Source: an uncultured Chitinophagales bacterium (lineage in GTDB: Bacteria; Bacteroidota; Bacteroidia; Chitinophagales; JADIYW01). From it: 64,000 nt of DNA. The notes beneath the pieces were generated by a model. That model did not search any database. It saw only the letters and a list, made by a program, of their open reading frames with translations, and was not told the origin of the DNA. Both the position numbers and the translations under genes were made by a program. The stretch is taken from contig CAZZEH010000002.1 in NCBI GenBank assembly GCA_964653095.1, positions 88,899 through 152,898 on the forward strand, read 5' to 3'. This document shows, one piece after another, positions 39,683 through 50,000 of this stretch. Each line of letters opens with the position of its first letter. Positions within the stretch are counted from its first letter, which is position 1.

Positions 39683-39915
39683 GTTTAAGTGACTTTAATA
39701 TTTGCAAAACCGGCTTAGTCGGATTTTACCACAAAGAAATAAAAATAATTTTAGCCCTTGAAAATTATGTAAACAATATTGTCTTTAATCATACAAACTT
39801 CTGCTATAATTAAGATTTGACCGCAATTTTTGAAGATTTGAAGTTAATTTTTGAAAAAACTGTAACCTTTTTGAAACTCAATGACTCTATATAAGTACAG
39901 TTAAAAACAAAAATT

Positions 39916-40518
39916 ATGAAAGTACTTAAAAACAAGAACCAAATTAAGGCTATTGCAATGGCCTGTTTAGTTGCAGTTTCATTTACTGCATGTAATCAAA
40001 ATCAGGATAACAGCAATAATGAAGATGAAATAATTGTGGCGGAGGAGGTACAGGAAGCACCTGCATTTTCTGATCCTCAAATTGCTGCTATTGTAGTTGT
40101 GGCGAACCAAATAGACGTGGATTATGGTAAAATCGCTCTGGAAAAATCTCAGAATGAGGAGGTGCTAAACTTTGCCAACACGATGATTAAAGACCACGAA
40201 CAGATTATTCAGAGCGCATCCGACTTATGTGGTCAGTTGGGTGTGGTACCGGAAGAAAACGATTTTACAGAAACATTGCTCAATGGTCAAAAAGATGTAT
40301 TGGCAAGTTTTGAAGGATTAGGAGGTGCCGATTTTGATAAAGCTTATATTGAGAATGAAGCGGCTTATCACGATGCAGTAATTAATGCTGTGAAGGATAT
40401 TTTAATTCCACAGACTGAAAATGAACAACTTAAGCAGGCTTTAATAGACGTAACTCCATTACTAGAGCATCACTTGGAAATGGCAAAAATGGCTCAGGGA
40501 AAAATAAATAATAACTGA
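39916..40518 (+). CDS. DUF4142 domain-containing lipoprotein
   Basis: 200 aa. Lipoprotein signal (SFTAC). Duplicated helical pattern (FANTMIKDHE...; FDKAYIENEAAYH). Confidence 0.75.
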   Translation: MKVLKNKNQIKAIAMACLVAVSFTACNQNQDNSNNEDEIIVAEEVQEAPAFSDPQIAAIVVVANQIDVDYGKIALEKSQNEEVLNFANTMIKDHEQIIQSASDLCGQLGVVPEENDFTETLLNGQKDVLASFEGLGGADFDKAYIENEAAYHDAVINAVKDILIPQTENEQLKQALIDVTPLLEHHLEMAKMAQGKINNN

Positions 40519-40916
40519 TGATGAAAGTTTGGACTTGGATAGTCATGATGGGTTTTCTGCTAATGAGTTGCAATACACAACCGCCAGCAGAAGAATCAGA
40601 AAACACAGAAAATATATCGCAGGAAGTGCCGGTTGATGAGGAAGAAACATCTTTTGCGATTAATGAACACAAGTTTTTAGTGACCATCAAAAGTATGCAG
40701 TTTGCTCCTCAAAATTTGGAAGTAAGTGTCGGAGATACAGTGGTTTGGGTCAATCAGGATATTGTGACTCATAATGTAACCAATATAGATGATGCATGGA
40801 CTTCCGGTGATATTAATGTGGGAGACAGTTGGGAAATGATTATTGAAAATGAAATAAAGTATTATTGTACACTTCATCCTACCATGAAAGCTTCTGTTTT
40901 GGTGATAGGAGAGTAA
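40518..40916 (+). CDS. Cupredoxin (amicyanin/plastocyanin-like type 1 blue copper protein), lipoprotein
   Basis: 132 aa. LLMSC lipobox. Ligand pattern H (VTHNV) ... C-x2-H-x2-M (YYCTLHPTM). The ATG overlaps the upstream stop (TGATG). Confidence 0.8.
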   Translation: MMKVWTWIVMMGFLLMSCNTQPPAEESENTENISQEVPVDEEETSFAINEHKFLVTIKSMQFAPQNLEVSVGDTVVWVNQDIVTHNVTNIDDAWTSGDINVGDSWEMIIENEIKYYCTLHPTMKASVLVIGE

Positions 40917-40947
40917 TTTGTTTTTTCATTAATTGTTTTTGTTTCAT

Positions 40948-40977
40948 CTGCCCTCAAATCTTTGGGGGCAGTTTTTT
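40948..40977 (+). terminator. Intrinsic terminator after the cupredoxin gene
   Basis: ctgccctc/gggggcag stem (one G-U pair) followed by TTTTTT. It overlaps the TTG at 40962 that the ORF track uses as the start of the next gene. Confidence 0.7.
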
Positions 40978-41021
40978 ATACTCTTATTTTTTCTTTACTT
41001 TATTGGAGAAAAAAGACGGGT

Positions 41022-41687
41022 ATGTTTGACCACCATCAATTTAGAGATTTTACTGATGAAGAAATTGTAGAAAAAATTCTTTCCGGGGATAAAGAGTATT
41101 ATGAAATTCTGGTAAGGCGGCATAATTCCTACCTCTATAAAATTGGGAGATCATACGGATTCGGACACGATGATACAGAAGATTTGATGCAGGAGACTTA
41201 TGTCAGCGCCTATGAACATCTCGCCGATTTTGAAGGGAGAGCAGCTCTTAAAACCTGGTTGGTGAAAATTATGATTCACAAATGCTACAGGAAAGCCAAT
41301 CGCTTAGGATTTCAAAACGAAACACCCGCTTCGGATAAAATTGGAAACCAAATCAGATATCCTGATGACAGGCTCACAGATGGTCAAAAAGTGGTTCAAA
41401 ATGAGGAGCTAAAAGAGATTTTGGAAAAAGCTACTTTACAGCTTCCGGAAGATTATAGAATGGTATTTACGCTCAGAGAGCTCAACGGATTATCCACCGC
41501 CGAGACGGCAGATGCTCTCAATATTTCTCTGTCCAATGTAAAGGTCAAGCTCAACAGAGCAAAAAAAATACTTCGAAAAGAGATACAAAAAGAGTTTTCA
41601 CCGGAGGATATCTTTGAGTTTCATTTGAAATACTGTGACGGATTGACTCATAAAGTGATGCACCCAATCAAATCGACATTAAAGTAA
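41022..41687 (+). CDS. ECF-type RNA polymerase sigma-70 family factor
   Basis: Sigma-2 region (DLMQETYVSAY...WL) and sigma-4 HTH (FTLRELNGLSTAETADALNISLSNVKVKLNRAKK). Start placed at ATG 41022 because the upstream extension runs through a terminator. Confidence 0.85.
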   Translation: MFDHHQFRDFTDEEIVEKILSGDKEYYEILVRRHNSYLYKIGRSYGFGHDDTEDLMQETYVSAYEHLADFEGRAALKTWLVKIMIHKCYRKANRLGFQNETPASDKIGNQIRYPDDRLTDGQKVVQNEELKEILEKATLQLPEDYRMVFTLRELNGLSTAETADALNISLSNVKVKLNRAKKILRKEIQKEFSPEDIFEFHLKYCDGLTHKVMHPIKSTLK

Positions 41688-41859
41688 AAAAACATCTCAG
41701 GAACCTTTGAGAATCCCTGAATAATTATATCTGTATATGATTATGATACTACAGAGTATGGACTTGCAGAAATTGTTCTTTCGTAAAGTTAATTGTTGTT
41801 TTTACTTGTTTGAGTACACATTAACAGCATTACTTTAGTACAAATAGCTTCTTAGCCTT

Positions 41860-42936
41860 TTACACAAAAGGTGTTTTGACTATTTTGGCTTTTAGCAGTT
41901 TATTCCTTCTCGGAATATAAATTTCTGTTTCTGGGGTAGAAAATTCCTTTTGTACATAACCGAGTCCAATACCGTAGTTAAGAGCAGGCGACTGAGTGCC
42001 GCTGGTGACCCTGCCGATTACATTCCCTTCTGCATCGGTTATTTCGTAGTCTTTACGGGGAATACCTCTGTCCACCATGGTAAATCCGACCAATTTTTTG
42101 TCCACCCCTTCTTCTTTGCTTTTTTGGATGATATCTTTAGCGACAAAATCTTTGCTGAATTTAGTGACCCAGCCTAATCCGGCTTCGATAGGAGAGGTCT
42201 CTTCGTCAATGTCATTTCCGTACAGGCAAAACCCTTTTTCCAATCTCAACGTATCTCTTGCTCCCAGGCCGATTGGTTTAATGCCTAGTTTTTTTCCGGC
42301 TTCCATAATTTGATTCCAAATATTCTTAGCGTGAGAATTGTCAAAATACAGTTCAAAGCCTCCGAGTCCGGTGTACCCTGTTGCAGAGATAATCACATCT
42401 TCCACACCGGAAAATTTTCCTTTCTTAAAGCCATAAACCGGTATATCCGACAGTGAAATATCAGTAAGAGGTTGTAACGTTTCAATCGCTTTGGGACCCT
42501 GGACTGCCAGAATAGCAAGAGAGTCAGAAAGATTTTGAAGTTCTACTCCATCAGTTTGATGCTGTACAAACCATGTCCAGTCTTTTTCTATATTACCGGC
42601 ATTTACTACGCACATATATTCATTATCGGCAAGTCGGTAAATTAGCAAATCATCAATGATACCGCCTTCTTCATTGGGCAGATAACCGTATTGGGCTTTT
42701 CCTAAAGAAAGTTTTGAAAGATCATTCGAAAAAATATACTGTAAAAAGTCCAACGCATTTTCGCCCTTTACAATAAAATTTCCCATGTGCGAAACATCAA
42801 ACATTCCCACACCATTTCTCACGGTATGGTGCTCATCAATAATACCACTATATTGGATAGGCATATAAAACCCGGCGAAGTCCACCATTTTAGCTCCGGC
42901 GGCTTCATGGATTTCTTTTAAAGCTGTTGTTTTCAT
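41860..42936 (-). CDS. gcvT: Glycine cleavage system aminomethyltransferase (T protein)
   Basis: 358 aa. [23 protein letters not shown] and RD.LRLE motifs. Confidence 0.93.
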   Translation of the reverse strand: MKTTALKEIHEAAGAKMVDFAGFYMPIQYSGIIDEHHTVRNGVGMFDVSHMGNFIVKGENALDFLQYIFSNDLSKLSLGKAQYGYLPNEEGGIIDDLLIYRLADNEYMCVVNAGNIEKDWTWFVQHQTDGVELQNLSDSLAILAVQGPKAIETLQPLTDISLSDIPVYGFKKGKFSGVEDVIISATGYTGLGGFELYFDNSHAKNIWNQIMEAGKKLGIKPIGLGARDTLRLEKGFCLYGNDIDEETSPIEAGLGWVTKFSKDFVAKDIIQKSKEEGVDKKLVGFTMVDRGIPRKDYEITDAEGNVIGRVTSGTQSPALNYGIGLGYVQKEFSTPETEIYIPRRNKLLKAKIVKTPFV

Positions 42937-43378
42937 GGATGCGAAAATAAGGTTTTTTATTCAATGTAAATGATTGTAAGCATATAAAATGACTCGTAAC
43001 TTTAATCGTTATACAAACCTATACCTTTCTATTTTTTGGATAAATACCAAGTTATATTTTAATAAAAATCAATTTATATTTTAAAGGTTTATTGAACTCA
43101 ATTGAGTAGGTTAAATCTTATTGCCGAGTGAATAGTTGTGCTTAGGAAATTGATTAAACATAATGTATTTTTATTATACATTGTGGGAGCATAAGGCAAT
43201 TCAAAAATATTTTTCAGACAAAACTAAAGAAATAATTGAATTTAGTATTTTGTTAATGTGAGCAAATTTAATAAAAGAACATTGTCTGTATTAGTATAAA
43301 ATACTGATTGTTAAAGCTTAAGCTTTTATAAAAACAAAAGATGAATATAAAATGCATGCATAATATTGTAGCTTTAAG

Positions 43379-43386
43379 TATCTTTG
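43379..43386 (+). promoter_or_regulatory. Candidate -7 promoter box (TAnnTTTG) for the two-gene unit 43426-53015
   Basis: tatctttg lies 40 nt upstream of ATG 43426. No -33 TTG at canonical spacing. Confidence 0.3.
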
Positions 43387-43425
43387 AGATAAATAAGGTG
43401 GAGTTTTAAAATAAATAGCTTACTA

Positions 43426-44022
43426 ATGATAAATAAAGCACTTCATGTATCGGCTTTGATAGCTATGATTATTTTTCTGCTGGTTGAAGTTCGTGGTCAG
43501 GATGTGGGTACGACAGATGGAACAGAGTCTTATATTAATCATCCGTCTTTAAATTCGGCAGTATTTAAAGAGTACTGGATGAGCTATTCAGATATATACC
43601 GGAATGCAGATTTAAATCTTGAAGCAGTTATTCAGCAATATCTGAATAATCAGGTTCCTGATGCAGTAAGAGTAGATTTATATAAAAAAATATTTGAACA
43701 GTCTGACTTTAGAAACTGGATGCCTGAGCTCAGATCAATACTTCTGTATCAGCTTGTCGAAACAGATAAGAATAGCGAGACTCCGGCGTATATGCTTAGA
43801 GAAAGGAGTTTCGGGGAATTTGTAGAAAGAATAAATGAGATTATCCGGGTAGAGTTTGCAGAATTAGATAAAAAAATTAAATCTTATGAGGAGGAATATG
43901 CTCATCAGGGATTGAGCGTTCCGGTGGAGGTCAGTGAACAACAGAAGTTAGAAGCAATTCAGGAAGTGTATAAAAATACTTTTGAAGGTAAGCCTGATTT
44001 AAATCTATTTATAGTTAAATGA
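43426..44022 (+). CDS. Hypothetical secreted protein (198 aa), translationally coupled to the giant gene
   Basis: N-terminal hydrophobic signal (ALIAMIIFLLVEVRG/QD); the rest is predicted helical and charged. Its stop overlaps the next ATG (ATGA at 44019-44022). Confidence 0.65.
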   Translation: MINKALHVSALIAMIIFLLVEVRGQDVGTTDGTESYINHPSLNSAVFKEYWMSYSDIYRNADLNLEAVIQQYLNNQVPDAVRVDLYKKIFEQSDFRNWMPELRSILLYQLVETDKNSETPAYMLRERSFGEFVERINEIIRVEFAELDKKIKSYEEEYAHQGLSVPVEVSEQQKLEAIQEVYKNTFEGKPDLNLFIVK

Positions 44023-47000
44023 TATTTTACTTGAATATGAATCAACCTTACTTAAAAAAAATATTAACTCTATCTTTTCTGATATGTTCACTTTTATCTG
44101 CTTCGACACTTTTTGGACAGGTTACAGTGAGATATAATGGGACAGCGACCGGACTTACCACTACTTGTACAGATGGTTGCGTATGGCCCTTTTGTCCCAA
44201 TGATCCGGAAAGGAGTTTCGAGCTTGAAATCAAGCGGGTCACGGGCGGTAACCAGGCAGATGGGGGCGGAGCTACAACTGCTGCAGATAATTGTTCGAAC
44301 ACTCCTAATACCAGTTTCTCCACAAAGAATGCAGGTATAACGCTTTATTGTTCTGGAGCGGTCATTCACATTCGGGGCAAAGCAGGAGAATCAGATGCTA
44401 TTATAGGATGTGGTGGTATGGAGTGTGAAACTCCTTGGTCAGGCTGGACAAATTTTACAGTTTTAAATACGACAAGCCAGAATTGGGGCCCTGTATATGT
44501 TTCCGGAAACGGAAGCACCGGTAATTTGTCCTCAACAATCTCCTTTACAGGGAATTTTCGGGCGAATGCCAGGGATGGGAATAAGAACTTTAGTTGTGCG
44601 ACAGCTTGGGCTTTACCAGCTAATGGGAGCGGTACGCCTATTGACGGGCATACAACTAATTGCGGTGATGCCTGGTACAAATACACTCTCACAGATAATA
44701 ATTTACAATATATCGAATTTGAGCCCACCGCACCACTTTCAAGCTTAAACACTTCTGAGATATCCGAAGTTCGTTATAATAATTGCACAGGCTGCCAGAT
44801 GGGAGGTGAAGCTTCGTTTATAGGAAATAAATATCGCGTGGATAATCCCAAGCCTGGAGATTATTTTATAAGAGTACATGTATTTAAGACAGACTTAATT
44901 GGTGCGTTTGATTTAAGTTTTAAACTGGAAGTTCGAAAAGGTAGTACAGTGGCCGTACCATCCAATGATAACTTGTGTGATGCAATAGAACTCAGCGGCA
45001 ATTACAACTACAATTCGGGAGACCTTTCGGCATCTTCCAATACAAAAAATGCATCTTCAGAAGATTATTGCGGAATGAATGAACCGGAGTCGGATAATGA
45101 AAAAACAGTTTGGTATAAATTTACAACAGGAGATTTGCCACCAACCGTACTTACTATTGACCCAAAAGCGGGAAGTTCTACTCAATACGGTCGGGCAGTT
45201 TTATACAAGCAAAACAGTGTGCCTAATTGTAATGCATATCCAACGCCGAACTTTTTTAATGCATTATCAAAAGTTGGTGAGAGTACAGCAGGAGTCTCAT
45301 TTAAAGTAAGATGTCTTGATCCGAATAAGACTTATTATTTACAACTTTTCACAAGACAGTTATTGCCGTTACCTTCTACGAAAGATGCCGGACCTGTTTC
45401 TGTTACAATCGAGAACAGTGGCACCACTAAAGGGCCGGATTTCATTTGTCTTCCGGCGAGTTCTGCTATACCCGGGAAAGACGGATATCTTGGGAAATTA
45501 GACAGTTACGACAATACTAATTTAATAGCCGAAAAGCAGACCACGAGCTGTGCGACAGTCAGTACCGGCAACGGAGAGCCAGTCAATTCTTCCCGATCAC
45601 TCAAGCAGACTGTCTGGTATCGGTTTGACACGCCTCATGCAGATTATTCGGACAGTACTCTGATGCATTTATACGACATTAGTGCCATAAGGTTAAGTAG
45701 TACTTCGCTCTTAACTAATCCGAGAATTTTCCTTTACGAGGAAACCCAAAATACTAACAGAGCATGTGGCGACAGCAATGGGGATTATGCCAATTTGAAG
45801 TTTATAGAAAGTAGTGAAGAGTTTTATCAGGAAATTGGAAGCTTTGTGCCACAAGATGCCACCCTGAAAGACTTGTGTCTGAAGCCTAATACGAAATATT
45901 TTGTCCGTGTGGATCAGGCAGGACTGATTAGTGTATTGGGTATTGACGTATTTGTAGATTTTGATTTGGTTATAAAAAAATCGGCATTCCGACCGGGGAA
46001 CGATATCTGTGAGGCTACCGAAATGCCGGGAAATATATTTACGGGCAGGAATAAAATCACGACTCAAAACCATGCACGATTAACCGGAGCTCCTTTTTTT
46101 GGGTTGCCTCACTCTAATAAATGCGCCTCTTCAGACCCGGGCGAACCTAATGTAAAGCCCGGCGCACCAGGTGGAGTAGGCGATAAATACACGGCAAGTG
46201 TCTGGTATAAGTTTACAACGGATGGTGCTCCTTCCGAATGGATTGAGTGGGATTTCAGCTCAAAACTATTAAGAGGAGACAGAGGTGATGTGTGTTTATT
46301 GGGCGAGCATTTTGGAGCAAATATTTTCATCTATAAATCTAAAAATAATACTTGCTCATATCCGACATTGCAAATACAATCAGAATATGATAAAGCTTGG
46401 GAAGTGCCGCCTGCATCTTCCACTCCAAGTGTGAACAGACAAAGATGCCCAGAACCCAATACAACTTACTATGTACAGGTACAAGATGCGGATTTTTTCT
46501 CGACAGACTTCTCTACCTGTTATGAGGGGGTGTATGATTTGACTATCACTACAGCCGGCACAACTGTTAATCCACCGGAAAATGATGAGCCGTGCGGAGC
46601 TATTCCTTTGGGAACAGTACCTGTGAGCGGTTCATTGGATAAAGATATACGTAACAATAATAAGGTTTTTGATAATTTCTGCGCAACTCCGAGTAAAGGC
46701 TTTATACCTGATCCGGATCATGAACTCAAGCATGATGTGTGGTTTGCCTTTGTGCCGCCCCCGTCAGGCTCTGTAATGATTACTGCCCAGTCTGCTCCGT
46801 CCGGTATTCCAAGTAATGCCGATAAAAATATAGACCTGCAAATTGCTATATGGGAACCTATAATGGGAGAACATCTGCAGCAGCCTAACTGTGCAGACCC
46901 AAGGTATTTGTGGACTCCCATTGTGTCCAGAAACCATGGGCTTTTGGACTATGAAGATTCCGATTTATTGGGAATATTTGACACTTATTATAATATTGTT

Positions 47001-50000
47001 GATACCAAAAACAATATTCTTTTTACTAAGGGAAATAGTTTAATAGCCACCTGTCTTGACCCCGGCAAGCTGTACTATATTCAGGTAGATGGAACAGATT
47101 ATTTCCTTTGCGACTTTCTCAATGGCGGAGATTGTACTATGGGTTATTTTTCCATGCAGGTAACAGATGCAGGATTGTATGATATGGCTTCCATGAGAGA
47201 CCAGCCGGCCGGTAATGATGAACCGTGCGGAGCTAAAACTCTGAATGTACAACCATATAATAGAACTGAGGCGCAGCTCACCTGGCAAGTAGGAAGTAAC
47301 TTGTGTGCGTCTGGTTTTAATGATCCACTTCCTTCTACCTGGAATTCTACAGATGCTACGGTATGGTATAAATTTACAGCACCGGCTTCCGGTAGAGTAA
47401 AAATACGCGCAAAAGAAAACGGAAGAATTAATCGTCGGGACAAGTCCAATCCAAATTCACCTAATGCTCAATTGGCAACATCCAATCATGACTATCACGA
47501 TGGGATAAATTTGCAGCTGGCCCTTTATACCATGGGAAATTGTCTCAACAAGTCTTCTTTAGTAGAAATAACTTCGAGTTATGACGGAGCCTTAGTAGAA
47601 ATGAATCCGGCTAATGAAGATGACTTTATCGGTCTGACTGAAATCACAGGGCGAGATGAATATATGGTTGCCCGATGTCTGATTCCGGGCAAGGAATACT
47701 ATATTATGGTGGATGGGGAAAATGACCCTACAATTGGCTACACTTCTACAATCCAGGAAATTTTGCCCAATAGTATCAAATATGTGACTGGGGACTTTAA
47801 GATATCAGTCCAAGATGATTCTCCAATAGAAGTCAGTATGAATGATAATGTGTGTGATGCCTTTGAGATAACCGGAGTCAATACACTGGGTGTAAACTCT
47901 ACAAAAACGACTGGTATTTTCAATAATGACTGTGCGACAATTGAACCGCACATAGAAGGCCATGGGAAAATAGCTGAGAAAATAAAAGGAAAATTTTGGG
48001 GAATTGTCAACACTAGTCCGGCCACGGCAAATCATACCCTATGGTTCAAATTCAGAGCACCTTCATCAGGGAAAGTCAATATAAAAGCGATTAATGATAA
48101 CCGAGATAAGATGGATATTGCTATGGCTCTGTATGATTTTCCGGGAGAGAACTGCAATCTTGCGGCAGATGGTTTCATGATAGAAGGAAATTATGATCCG
48201 GGTGTTTTACGAGGTGATGCCGAGATGGACGTGGAGTGCTTAATCCCTGGCAGATATTACTATTTGCAGGTATTCGGAGAGAGCAATAATGTGCTTTGTA
48301 CGCTCGGCGGATCAAACTGTGAAAGGGGGCTGTTTCATTTGGAAATTAAACACCTGCCGTTTCAGGCGCGCTCGGATATCCCGCCTCAGAAAAATGATAA
48401 TGTTTGCGATGCTACACTGCTGGGGAATTTGAATCCGGGGGGCGTATTGAATAAGCCGAGCCAAAATAACCGTTGTTCTACGGAAGAAATTAATGAACCC
48501 GGCGGATATGGATTTAATTTCAGTTTCTTTGATGATCAGCTTAGAGGAGTGTGGTACGGATTTAAAACTGGTGCCGGCTCTAATCATCCCGGACAAATAA
48601 CCATTGAGGTCACAAATCCAAGTCACGCCTGTTTAAATCTTCATGTGGAGCTATTTGAGTATAAAGGAGCATTTGACAAAACAACTTGTGAATCTCAAAC
48701 CAATCTAAACACACAGTTCAACAAGCTGTTGAAGGTGGGAAAGGGCTCTGCCTTCTTAACGAGAAGTGAAAAGTTAGTACTGGATTGCCCAAAACCCAAT
48801 ACAGAATATTTTATTCGGGTAACCGGTACAGCTTCTGCCACTTGCTTCGGATTCGGCGATACGCAGGGCGATTTTGATCTGAAAGTAAGTATGAGTGGAG
48901 TATCCATTTCTTCACCAGAAAATGACGATATCTGCGACGCTACTCAGGGAGGAAACAAGGGGAATTTGGGAACACTTCCATCCGGTGGAACAAAATCAGT
49001 GTCTAATCACAATAATATTTGTGCTACTCAGGAATTGGGCGAACCCAATACGACTCAAAGTGCCGTACAAAGCGAACCGGAATATGATGAAACGACTTGG
49101 TATAAATTCAGAACATCTGCCAATCCGGGGAAAATTACCATTCGCCTGAAAACGATTGCACCTATTGATGGTTCTGCTACAGTTCCAAGCTTTACAGTAT
49201 ATAAAGGCAGTTCTGCCAATTACAGCCCATGCGGAAATGCAGGTTTTAGCGGGTTAATAGATTTAGGGGGAGATTGGAGTTCGAATACTAGTCTGGGTAG
49301 CTTTACTATCCGAGACGGAGTATTGGTCTTGCCATGTCCTTCTCCAAATTGGAATTACTTTATACAAGTAGATGGGTATGATTTTGCCCTTTTGGGTGTG
49401 ACAATACCGGGATATACTTCTCAGTTTGTATATGATTTAATTGTAACGGATGACGGAAGTGAAAATATTTATCCTGAAAATGATAACATAGCGGATGCAA
49501 TACCGGTAGATGACGTGCCGCCACTGAATGGTCAATTGGCCTCTGGCGGAACATTGACTATAGCCGGTCATAACCTTTGTGCAACTGTAGAATCGGGCGA
49601 ACCAAATGTGGATAGTGACGTGTCGGATCATCAGAAAAGTGCCGAAGATGAGACTGTTTGGTATTATTTTATTACTCCTGCAAATCCCGGAGTCACTAAG
49701 ATTACGGTAAAAAAAGATCCCGCATATCCGGAGCCTTTGAGTCCTAACTTTACTTTGTATTATAACAATGGTACTGCGCCCACTTATGCCCGAATTACAG
49801 AAGCACCCTCTTCAAAATTAGTACAAGAAGGGAACAGTGGAAATAATACTGGTTTGGGTGCTACGGCTACTGCAAATTACACATGCCTGTTGCCAAACAC
49901 CAAATATTACATTCAGGTGGACGGATACGACAATGTACCGACTAGAACAGACCAAGGCCACTTTATAGTGACAGTTGAAGATGATGGAACCGGTACAGAC

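Noticed and set aside
42937-43140. Possible glycine riboswitch upstream of gcvT (minus strand)
   Set aside because: I read the reverse complement of the gcvT leader. It lacks the conserved GGAGAG ... ACCGAAGG(G/A)GCAA cores and is almost pure AT. A covariance-model scan (Rfam RF00504) would settle it.
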